A stretch of 63,912 bases of DNA, filler included, from Sandaracinaceae bacterium (GTDB lineage: Bacteria > Myxococcota_A > Polyangia > Polyangiales > JADJQN01): assembly GCA_947483975.1 (NCBI GenBank). It is 3 parts of 3 records of this genome, joined end to end, with 100 filler letters (N's around TTAATTAATTAA, not from the genome) between each part and the next. Parts side by side here need not be neighbours in the genome. Positions count along the whole stretch, not along the records: positions 24,924 to 49,585 come from CANKOL010000032.1; positions 49,686 to 63,912 come from CANKOL010000112.1; 1 more part is not named here. One strand, 5' to 3'. The stretch's first letter is position 1, and the number at the start of each line of letters is the position of its first letter. Made by a program: the position numbers and the translations under genes. Under the pieces are notes generated by a model. The model was not told the origin of the DNA. It did no database searches and worked only from the letters and a program-made list of their open reading frames with translations. This document shows, one piece after another, positions 44,578 to 52,501 of the stretch.

Positions 44578-46191
44578 ATGAAACATCGACTACGACGCTT
44601 GATGGGTCTCGCCGCGTGCATGGCCGTCGCCGCCATCGCGGTTCAGTCGTGTGGGGGAAACGGCTCTGGCGCCCCCGGCCGCGATGCGGGGGCCGCAGCA
44701 CCTTCGGGCGCACGACGACCCGATGGAAGCCTCGCGCGCGTACGCGCCGCGGGAGTGCTCCGCTGGGGCGGCGATGTGCAGGGTGGAGCGCCCTATGTGT
44801 ACGACGACCCCGACCATCCGGGGCAGAACAAGGGCTTCGAGGTCGACCTCGCCATCGCGCTCGCGCGCGAGCTCGGCGTGCGCGCGGAGTTCGTGCAGAA
44901 CGACTGGTCGGCGCTGGTGCCGTCCCTCGAGCGCAACACCTTCGACGTCATCCTCAACGGCTTCGAGGTGACGCGCCCGCGCGTGGGCCGCGTGCGCTTC
45001 TCGCCGCCGTACTACGTGTTCGCCGCGCGGCTGATGGCCCGGCGCGACGACGCCCGCATACGCGCCGACGTCAACTCGCTGCGCGGGATGCGCATCGGTA
45101 CGCTCACCAACTCGTTCTCCGAGGAGGTGCTCAAGGGCCACGCCGAGATCGTCGGCTACGAGGGGACCGAAGAGCCCTACGCCGACTGCGTCGCCGGGCG
45201 CACCGACGGCGTGCTCCTCGACGACATCATCGCGACCATCTACGGCGTGCCGAAGCCCGAGCTGCGCGTCGTGGGCGATCTGGCCGACGGCTTCTACGCC
45301 ATCGCCGGGCGGCCCGCCGACGAGGACCTCGGCGTGGCGCTCGACGCGGCCCTCGCGCGCATCATCGCGAGCGGCGAGCTCGAGCGGATCCTCAAGCGCG
45401 AGAACATCTACAACGACCGGCAGCTCGGGCTCCGCACTTGGTCCGCCGATGACCAGCGCCGCATGCTCGGCCTGAGCCCCGCGGCCCCGGGCCAGACTGG
45501 CGCGCTCGGTGGCCCGCCGCCCGGCGCGGCGGGTGTCTCGAGCACGGCGCCGCACCGGATGACCCTCGGCCAGGTGTGGATGTTCATCCAGGGCGCGGGC
45601 ATCACGCTGCTCCTGTCGATCCTCGCGATGGGCCTCGCGGTCCCGCTCGGCCTCGCGCTCGCCGTGTCGCGGCTCTACGGGCCAAAATTCGTCGCGCGCC
45701 TCGCCGACCTCTACGTCGAGTTCTACCGCGGCACGCCGGTGCTCTTGCAGCTCTACGTTCTCTACTACGGACTCGCGAGCATCATCCGCCTCGACGCCGT
45801 CACGGCCGCGGTGCTCGGCCTCGGGATGAACTACGCCGCCTACGAGGCCGAGGTCTATCGCGCCGGCATCCAAGCCGTCCCCAAAGGCCAGCTCGAGGCG
45901 GCGCTCTCGCTCGGAATGACCACGCCCCTCGCGCTGCGCAGAGTCGTGCTCCCGCAGGCGTTCCGGCTCGCGCTGCCGTCGGTCACCAACGACTTCATCG
46001 CGCTCCTGAAGGACAGCTCGCTCGTGTCGGTGATCACCGTCGTGGAGCTCACCAAGCGCATGACCATCGTCGCCGTCGACACCCGCAGCTACGTGGTCCC
46101 CGGCCTGCTCTGCGCGTTCCTCTACTTCGCGATGAGCTACCCCCTGTCGATCTTGGCGAAACGGCTCGAGGAGAGGCTGGCGCGGTCATGA
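44578..46191 (+). CDS. Polar amino-acid ABC transporter, fused substrate-binding domain and permease
   Basis: Lipobox VQSC; SBP family 3 motifs GFEVDLA and FSPPYY; permease RGTPVLLQL, AAYEAEVYRAGI, EAA loop, LLKDSSL. Confidence 0.93.
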   Translation: MKHRLRRLMGLAACMAVAAIAVQSCGGNGSGAPGRDAGAAAPSGARRPDGSLARVRAAGVLRWGGDVQGGAPYVYDDPDHPGQNKGFEVDLAIALARELGVRAEFVQNDWSALVPSLERNTFDVILNGFEVTRPRVGRVRFSPPYYVFAARLMARRDDARIRADVNSLRGMRIGTLTNSFSEEVLKGHAEIVGYEGTEEPYADCVAGRTDGVLLDDIIATIYGVPKPELRVVGDLADGFYAIAGRPADEDLGVALDAALARIIASGELERILKRENIYNDRQLGLRTWSADDQRRMLGLSPAAPGQTGALGGPPPGAAGVSSTAPHRMTLGQVWMFIQGAGITLLLSILAMGLAVPLGLALAVSRLYGPKFVARLADLYVEFYRGTPVLLQLYVLYYGLASIIRLDAVTAAVLGLGMNYAAYEAEVYRAGIQAVPKGQLEAALSLGMTTPLALRRVVLPQAFRLALPSVTNDFIALLKDSSLVSVITVVELTKRMTIVAVDTRSYVVPGLLCAFLYFAMSYPLSILAKRLEERLARS

Positions 46192-46922
46192 TCACCATCG
46201 ACAAGCTCCAAAAGAAGTTCGGCGATCGCGTCGTGCTCTCGGACATCTCGGTGACCTTCGAGAAGGGCAAGGTCGTCTCGCTGATCGGCCCGTCGGGGGG
46301 CGGCAAGAGCACGCTCCTGCGCTGCGTGAACGGGCTCGAGACCTTCGACGCGGGCTCGATCACCGTCGACGATCTCAAGCTCGAGCCCGGCGACGCGAAG
46401 AAGAACAAGCACGCCTTGCTCGCGATCCGGCAGCGGGTGGGGATGGTGTTCCAGCAGTGGAACCTCTTCTCGCATCGCACGGCCCTCGGGAACGTCATGG
46501 AGGCGCCCGTGCACGTGAAGGGCGTGTCCCCTGCGCAGGCGACGGAACGCGCGAAGGCGCTGCTCGATCGCGTCGGGCTCTCGCACCGGATGGGCGCTTA
46601 CCCGCACGAGATGTCGGGCGGCGAGCAGCAGCGCGTCGCCATCGCGCGGGCGCTCGCGATGGACCCCGAGGCGCTGCTCCTCGACGAGCCGACGAGCGCG
46701 CTCGATCCGGAGCGCGTCGGCGAGGTGCTCGACGTGCTGCGCAAGCTCGCGAAAGAGGGGCAGACGATGCTCGTGGTCACGCACGAGATGCGGTTCGCGC
46801 GCGAGGCGAGCCACCGCACGCTCGTGCTCCACGGCGGCGCCATCATCGAGGACGGCCCGCCCGAGCAGGTCATGGACCACCCGACGCACGAGCGCACTCG
46901 CGCGTTTCTCGGCAAGGGCTGA
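46188..46922 (+). CDS. Polar amino-acid ABC transporter ATPase (GlnQ/HisP family)
   Basis: GPSGGGKS, GMVFQQWNLF, MSGGEQQRVAIARAL, LDEPTSALDPE, VTHEM; ATGA overlap. Confidence 0.95.
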   Translation: MITIDKLQKKFGDRVVLSDISVTFEKGKVVSLIGPSGGGKSTLLRCVNGLETFDAGSITVDDLKLEPGDAKKNKHALLAIRQRVGMVFQQWNLFSHRTALGNVMEAPVHVKGVSPAQATERAKALLDRVGLSHRMGAYPHEMSGGEQQRVAIARALAMDPEALLLDEPTSALDPERVGEVLDVLRKLAKEGQTMLVVTHEMRFAREASHRTLVLHGGAIIEDGPPEQVMDHPTHERTRAFLGKG

Positions 46923-47252
46923 GAGAGGCGACGCTGCGGCCACCGCCCTCTCGTCGCAGCGCGGGCGAGGTGCTCGTCACTCCGCTCTTGGGCGCCCGAG
47001 CGCAGCAAGCTGAGCGACCTCGGGGAGGGTTGAGCTCGTCGTTCCATGGGCCTCGACCGCCGTCTCGAGCGTGCGCAGTGGCCTGCCTCTCCGGCTCTGG
47101 GTGATGTGGCAGAAGCGGCGGTGTTCGAGCTTGGCCCGCTGGCTCCTGCGAGGCGGGAAGTGAGGGACTCAGACGCGAGCTCTGCGCCCAGCTTGCGAGG
47201 GAGCTCTCGCCTCTATGGATGACTGCGTCCACGGAGAGCGCACGATGTCCCC

Positions 47253-48677
47253 ATGACCCGAGCGCTCAGCCTTCGAATCGCGGTGGTGGTGGGACTCCTC
47301 TGTGGTGCGTGCAGCTCTGGCGCCGCGCCGACCGCCAACGGTGCGGACCCTTCGCCCAGCGCGGTGCAGCCAGCGGGACCGGGCGCGAGGCCGCGGGCAA
47401 ACCCCGCTCAAAACGCTCTGCCTGCCGCGCCTGCCGCGCCTGCGCCAGTGGCGCCGCTCGCCGCGCCGGTCGATCTCCTGCACGCGGTGCGGACGGAGGT
47501 CGCCGTGTCGTCGGTCTATCGCGACCAGCGGAGCCAAGCGGACAAGCTCGTCGACGGGGACCTCACCACCGCGTGGAACTCGCGCACGGCAGACCTCGTG
47601 GGGGCTTGGATCGAGGTGCGCGTCCCCGCTGACGCGACGGTGACGTCGATCGCCATCACCCCTGGGTTCGCGCGCGTGAGCGGGACTTCGGATCTGTTCA
47701 CCGGCAACCACCGAGTCTCGCAGGTGCGAGTGCTGCGCGACGGAGCGGAGGTCGGCGTCTACCCGCTCGAGGTCTCGGCGCCGGTGCTCGTCTCGGTGCC
47801 CGTCAGCGGGCCTGGGGGCGTGTATCGCATCGAGGTCACTGAGGTCGTGCCCGGCGGTCACGCAGACTGGCGCGAGACGTGTATTTCGGAGCTGCAGATC
47901 CTGGGTCGCGCCCCGGATATGCACGCTGGCGCGCGGCTGCCGCGCACCGTTGTCGGCGCGCTGCCCGAGCCTCGCTCGGTGGCAGGGACGGCCGACCGCG
48001 CCCTCGTCGACCGCAACGACCGGCGCGATGTGGTCTGGCTCGCGACCGCGTGGGGCGCGTTGCAGAGGGAGATTGACGAGCAGGCGCTCAACACGGGCGA
48101 GCCGGATTTCAGCGTCGAGGCGCAGCGAGACCTCGAGCGCCAGCGAGTCGCCATGCTCTCGCGCATCGCGGGGCTCGTCGAGCCGATCGACGAGGTCCGC
48201 GCGGACGCGCTGCGAATCGCCGCGTCACACGTCAACCCGTGGGGCGAGTGGGGCGCCTCGGGGACGGCGCTCGGCGCGGACCTCGCCACGATCGGAGCCG
48301 CGCTCGACGCCGTCGGCACGTGGCTCGGTGACGACGAGGCGCGCTGCCGCACGGCGCGGATGCAAGTAGGGATACGCCTGCAGCGGGTGGCTGGCGCGGT
48401 GCACACGGCCTCCTACTACAACGAGATCGACGACTCCGAGCCGGCGCAGGGGGGCGAGGGCGCCGGGCGGGACGCGCGGCGGGGCGCGCGCACCCTCGAG
48501 CGCGATGACGAGGCGTTCGCCGCCCTGGTCGACGACTGGGACGGCAACTCGCGCGGCTGCGCCCTGCGCCTCTTGCGTCGAGAGGCCCCGGCTCTGCCCG
48601 CCGCGGCGGCCGACTGGGCCGCGCTGCGCGCCCAGCTCGAGGCGGGGCGTACTGCGTGCGGCTGGGCGCCTCCCTGA
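47253..48677 (+). CDS. Lipoprotein with a discoidin / galactose-binding-like domain
   Basis: CGAC lipobox, Pro/Ala linker, LVDGDLTTAWNS...WIEV...CISELQILG. Confidence 0.75.
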   Translation: MTRALSLRIAVVVGLLCGACSSGAAPTANGADPSPSAVQPAGPGARPRANPAQNALPAAPAAPAPVAPLAAPVDLLHAVRTEVAVSSVYRDQRSQADKLVDGDLTTAWNSRTADLVGAWIEVRVPADATVTSIAITPGFARVSGTSDLFTGNHRVSQVRVLRDGAEVGVYPLEVSAPVLVSVPVSGPGGVYRIEVTEVVPGGHADWRETCISELQILGRAPDMHAGARLPRTVVGALPEPRSVAGTADRALVDRNDRRDVVWLATAWGALQREIDEQALNTGEPDFSVEAQRDLERQRVAMLSRIAGLVEPIDEVRADALRIAASHVNPWGEWGASGTALGADLATIGAALDAVGTWLGDDEARCRTARMQVGIRLQRVAGAVHTASYYNEIDDSEPAQGGEGAGRDARRGARTLERDDEAFAALVDDWDGNSRGCALRLLRREAPALPAAAADWAALRAQLEAGRTACGWAPP

Positions 48678-48828
48678 CGGGCGGGGCATCTGAGCTGCCC
48701 GCCACGGCGCATCGTTCCTGCCGCGCGTCGGTGAGACGGCGGGCCCATGGCGTCCTCGCTCGCCCCGGGCCTTTCTCGGCAAGGGCTGAGAGACGCCCAG
48801 GCCGAGAGTACGCGGCTCGCGCGGCGGC

Positions 48829-49350
48829 TCAAGCGAGCTCGACGAACCCCACCGGAATCCAGTGTATGGCGCCGTCGGGGAAGGCCACCTGCGCTTGCCC
48901 CTCGCCGAGCGCCTGCACCGTCCCGCCATATCGATTGCCGTCGTTCCAAGCGACGAGGACGGCGGCGCCCACCGCGAGCGCGCGCGGAGCCGGCGTCGCA
49001 GACACGGCGGCGACTCGCGCGGCCGCGGCCTTCAGCTCCGCGATCGACTTCGGCGACAGCGCCGCGGTGAAGCTGCCGAGCTGGACGCGCGGTGCGCCTC
49101 TCTGCTCGAGCGCCTGCAGCACCGCCGGCTCGATCACGGTCGGGAAGCTCGTCGGGTCGCCGCAGAGCTTCGCCGCGTCGGCGCTCTGCGCGGCCAGCTG
49201 GGAGAACACCTCGAGGATCACGGCGCCGATCTGCGTCGCCGTCGGCGCGTCGCAGTCGCTGAGAAACTCGCCGAACACGGTCACAGATAGCTTCACCCCG
49301 CTCGGTCGATCCAACGTCGTCACGGGCCCACCAAATCGATGCGTGCTCAT
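48829..49350 (-). CDS. Hypothetical protein with C-terminal Tudor/SH3-like domain
   Basis: C-terminal VGAAVLVAWNDGNRYGGTV...VAFPDGAIHWIP. Confidence 0.7.
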   Translation of the reverse strand: MSTHRFGGPVTTLDRPSGVKLSVTVFGEFLSDCDAPTATQIGAVILEVFSQLAAQSADAAKLCGDPTSFPTVIEPAVLQALEQRGAPRVQLGSFTAALSPKSIAELKAAAARVAAVSATPAPRALAVGAAVLVAWNDGNRYGGTVQALGEGQAQVAFPDGAIHWIPVGFVELA

Positions 49351-49455
49351 GGGAGCGAGGCTATCACGCGACGAGATGTATCGCGGGGGCGCGCGTCGGA
49401 CCCGCCGAGACGCCGTGCGCGCTCACTCGCGCCAAAGTCACGGTACGCTGCGCCG

Positions 49456-49585
49456 ATGTCCCTCGAGGTCGTGACCGCGCTGCTCGTGCTCGCAGGAGGT
49501 TTCGCCGGGTGCACGCTCGAGCGCGGCGGGCGGCTGCGCGCGGACGCAGCGGTGGACGCGGGGCGCGTCGACGGCGGGCGCCGCG
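49456..49585 (+). CDS. 5' fragment of a lipoprotein cut by the contig end
   Basis: MSLEVVTALLVLAGGFAGC lipobox followed by DAA/DAG/DGG linker. Confidence 0.55.
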
Positions 49586-49685
49586 NNNNNNNNNNNNNNN
49601 NNNNNNNNNNNNNNNNNNNNNNNNNNNNNTTAATTAATTAANNNNNNNNNNNNNNNNNNNNNNNNNNNNNNNNNNNNNNNNNNNN
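49586..49685. other. Artificial contig linker
   Basis: N44-TTAATTAATTAA-N44. Confidence 0.98.
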
Positions 49686-49687
49686 AA

Positions 49688-49809
49688 CGCAGGCGCCGAA
49701 TGACCGTCTCCGAAGCCAGCGCAGGCGCCGAATGACCGTCTCCGAAGCCAGCGCAGGCGCCGAATGACCGTCTCCGAAGCCAGCGCAGGCGCCGAATGAC
49801 CGTCTCCGA
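49688..49809 (+). repeat. Perfect 32-bp tandem repeat, about 3.8 copies, at the contig start
   Basis: CGCAGGCGCCGAATGACCGTCTCCGAAGCCAG; ATG recurs at 49700, 49732, 49764 and 49796. Confidence 0.95.
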
Positions 49810-50569
49810 GGCAGCCGCTCGCTTCCGCCGAACCGCCGCGCGCCCGCTCGTCTTCGCGCACCGCGGCGCGAGCGCGCGCGCGCCAGAGAACACCCTCGCA
49901 GCGTTCGCCCTCGCGATGGATGACGGCGCCGATGGCGTCGAGCTCGACGTCTGCCGCTGCGCCTCGGGCGAGGTCGTCGTCATCCACGACCCGACGCTCG
50001 CTCGAACGACCGGCGACCCTCGCCAGGTGCGCGACGTATCACTCGTGGAACTGCGCCGCCTCGACGCCGGCTGGGGCGAGCGACTTCCGCTCCTCGACGA
50101 GGCGCTCGACCTCGTGCTCGGGCGCGGCGGCCTCGTCAACGTCGAGGTGAAGGCCGACGACGACGACTGCTCCTTGGTCGCCCGCCGCGTCGCGGCGACG
50201 CTCGCCCGGCGTCGCCCGCGGGACCTCGCCTCGCTCGTCGTCTCGACGTTCGACCCTCGCCTGCTGCTCGCGCTCCGCGGCTTCGGGGTCGCGCCGCCGC
50301 TGCTGTTTCTCGTCGCGGACACGCGGCAGGGCCGTTTCTTCGCGCGCACGCTGCCGCCGCTTCTGCGCCCAGCGGGTATCAATCCCGAGCACACCCTGAT
50401 CAGCGAGGCGCGCGTCCGCGCGTGGCACGCCCGCGGACTCCTCGTGATGGCCTGGACCGTCGACGGCGCGCCGCTCGTCCGGCAGCTCGCGCAGACCGGC
50501 CTCGACGCGCTGATCACGAACGACCCGCTCGGCACGCTCGCCGCCCTCCGCGCGCCGTCGACTCCGTAG
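49796..50569 (+). CDS. Glycerophosphodiester phosphodiesterase
   Basis: FAHRGASARAPENTLAAF, GVELDV, VIHDPTLARTT, NVEVK, AWTVD, LITNDP. Confidence 0.93.
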   Translation: MTVSEAAARFRRTAARPLVFAHRGASARAPENTLAAFALAMDDGADGVELDVCRCASGEVVVIHDPTLARTTGDPRQVRDVSLVELRRLDAGWGERLPLLDEALDLVLGRGGLVNVEVKADDDDCSLVARRVAATLARRRPRDLASLVVSTFDPRLLLALRGFGVAPPLLFLVADTRQGRFFARTLPPLLRPAGINPEHTLISEARVRAWHARGLLVMAWTVDGAPLVRQLAQTGLDALITNDPLGTLAALRAPSTP

Positions 50570-50612
50570 CGCTTTCCTCGCTCGCGCGACCCAAGGCCCC
50601 GCACGAACCCGC

Positions 50613-50654
50613 TTGACGCGGAGCGGAACCGCTCTACGACTGACTGGTTAGTCA
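50613..50654 (+). promoter_or_regulatory. Putative sigma70-type promoter with adjacent TetR operator palindrome
   Basis: TTGACG (50613)-N16-TACGAC, immediately followed by TGACT-GGTT-AGTCA (50641-50654), 24 bp upstream of the TetR gene. Confidence 0.65.
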
Positions 50655-50678
50655 ATCAACCGCTGACTCGCCCCTCCG

Positions 50679-51287
50679 ATGCCCCGCACTCCCGCCGACA
50701 ACCAACGCATCAAGGACGAGCGTCGCGCCGCCATCTTGGCCGCGGCGCGCTCTGTCTTCGTGCGCAAGGGCCTCGCGGCGGCGAAGATCAGCGACGTCGC
50801 GGCGGCTGCCGGGCTCTCGCACGGCCTCGTCTACCACTACTTCTCGAGCAAGGAGGCGATGTACGCCGGCCTCCTCGAGGCGCTCTTCGCGCGCGCCACC
50901 GTCGAGCTCGAGGTCCTCGCCGGCGACGAAGGCACTCCGCTCGAGCGGGTCCGCGCGTTCGTCGTGCAGCGCCTCGAGCGCTTCAGCGCGGAGCCCGAGA
51001 TGTTCGGGCTCGTCATGCAGGCGTTCCTGCACCGCGACGCGCTGCCCTCGTCGACGCTCGCCGCCCTGCAGAACTTCGCCGCGCTGAGCATGAGCGCGAT
51101 GACCAAGACGCTCGCCGACGGCCAACGCCGCGGCGACTTCGTCGAAGGCGATCCTGCGGAGCTCGCCGCCGCGCTGCTCGCCGTGCTGCACGGGCTCGCC
51201 ATGGCCCGCTCCGTCGACCTCGAACTCCCGCGCCCGCTGCCCAACGTCGCGCTGATCCTCCGTCTCATCGTGTCTGGAGTCTCCTGA
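50679..51287 (+). CDS. TetR/AcrR-family transcriptional regulator
   Basis: ILAAARSVFVRKG...ISDVAAAAGLSHGLVYHYFSSKE helix-turn-helix. Confidence 0.95.
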   Translation: MPRTPADNQRIKDERRAAILAAARSVFVRKGLAAAKISDVAAAAGLSHGLVYHYFSSKEAMYAGLLEALFARATVELEVLAGDEGTPLERVRAFVVQRLERFSAEPEMFGLVMQAFLHRDALPSSTLAALQNFAALSMSAMTKTLADGQRRGDFVEGDPAELAAALLAVLHGLAMARSVDLELPRPLPNVALILRLIVSGVS

Positions 51288-52489
51288 TGTCCGCTGATTT
51301 CCGTCTCCTCGCTGTGCTGTTCGTCGCGCTCTCTCTCACCGCCTGCCGCCCCAAGTCGCCGAGCCCCGGTGAGGTGCTGCCGACGAACGAGGCGGCGACT
51401 GTCACCGTGCACGTCGCGGCGGCCGCGCCCCGGGCGCTGCCGACCACGCTCAGCGTCAACGGTCCGCTCGTCGCCGATCAGCAGTCCGACGTCACCGGCG
51501 TCGTGCCCGGGCGCGTCGTCGAGGTGCTCGTCGAGCGCGGCGCGATCGTCGCCGAGGGCGACCCGCTCGTGCGCCTACGCGACGTCGACTATCGCCTGCA
51601 GGCGGCGGGCGCGAGCGCGGCCGTCGCGCAGGCGCAGGCTCGCCTCGGCATCACGGACACGCGCGCTCCGGTCCGCGCTGAGGACACCGCCGAGGTGCGC
51701 GCCGCCGCCGCGAACCGCGACCTCGCCGACGAGTCCCTGCGTCGCGCCGAGCAGCTTTCGCAGACTGGCGCGATGAGCCAGTCGGACCTCGACCGGGCGC
51801 GCGCCGGCGCGACGGCAGCGCGCGAGCAGTACAACAGCGCGCTCAACGGAATGCGCGGCGCGGCCGTCGCGCTGACGCTCGCGCGCGTCGCTTTGCAGCA
51901 GGCGGGCACGGCGGTGCGAGAGTCGATCGTCCGCGCGCCGTTCGCCGGCGAGATCGCGGACCGCTTCGTCGACGTCGGCGAGTACGTCGTGCCGCAGATG
52001 CGCGTCGTCAGCCTCGTCAAGACCGACCCGCTCCGGCTCGAGATGCCGGTGCCGCAGGAGCACGCCGGCGCGATCGCGCGCGGGCAGACCGTCGCCATCC
52101 ACGTCGACGCGTTCCCGACGCGGCCCTTCGTCGGCACGGTCCGCTACATCAGCGCAGCGGTCCGCGCGGACACGCGGGCGATGACCGTCGAGGCGCTCGT
52201 GCCGAACCCCGACGGCGCGCTCCGCCCGGGCATGTTCGCCACCGCCAACATCGACCTCGGCGGCACGCGTCAGGGCGTCTCGGTGCCCGCGACGGCCGTG
52301 CTGAGCGAGGCAGGCGTCAACCGGGTGTTCATCGTCGGCGCGGACGGCGCCATCGAGGAGCGCGTCGTGTCCGTCGCCTCCCGCGAGGGCGACACCGTCG
52401 TCATCGCCGAGGGCGTCCGCGCGGGTGAGCGCGTCGCGACCGAGACGCTCGACCGCCTCGCCGACGGCGTGCGCGTCCAGGTTCGGTAA
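51287..52489 (+). CDS. RND efflux periplasmic adaptor (membrane fusion protein)
   Basis: LTAC lipobox, PGRVVEVLVERG, VRAPFAG, LRPGMFA, VPATAV; TGATG coupling to TetR. Confidence 0.95.
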   Translation: MSADFRLLAVLFVALSLTACRPKSPSPGEVLPTNEAATVTVHVAAAAPRALPTTLSVNGPLVADQQSDVTGVVPGRVVEVLVERGAIVAEGDPLVRLRDVDYRLQAAGASAAVAQAQARLGITDTRAPVRAEDTAEVRAAAANRDLADESLRRAEQLSQTGAMSQSDLDRARAGATAAREQYNSALNGMRGAAVALTLARVALQQAGTAVRESIVRAPFAGEIADRFVDVGEYVVPQMRVVSLVKTDPLRLEMPVPQEHAGAIARGQTVAIHVDAFPTRPFVGTVRYISAAVRADTRAMTVEALVPNPDGALRPGMFATANIDLGGTRQGVSVPATAVLSEAGVNRVFIVGADGAIEERVVSVASREGDTVVIAEGVRAGERVATETLDRLADGVRVQVR

Positions 52490-52501
52490 AGGAATCACGT
52501 C

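Noticed and set aside
49688..49809. 32-bp repeats as a CRISPR array
   Set aside because: Units are head to tail with no spacers, and no cas genes are present.
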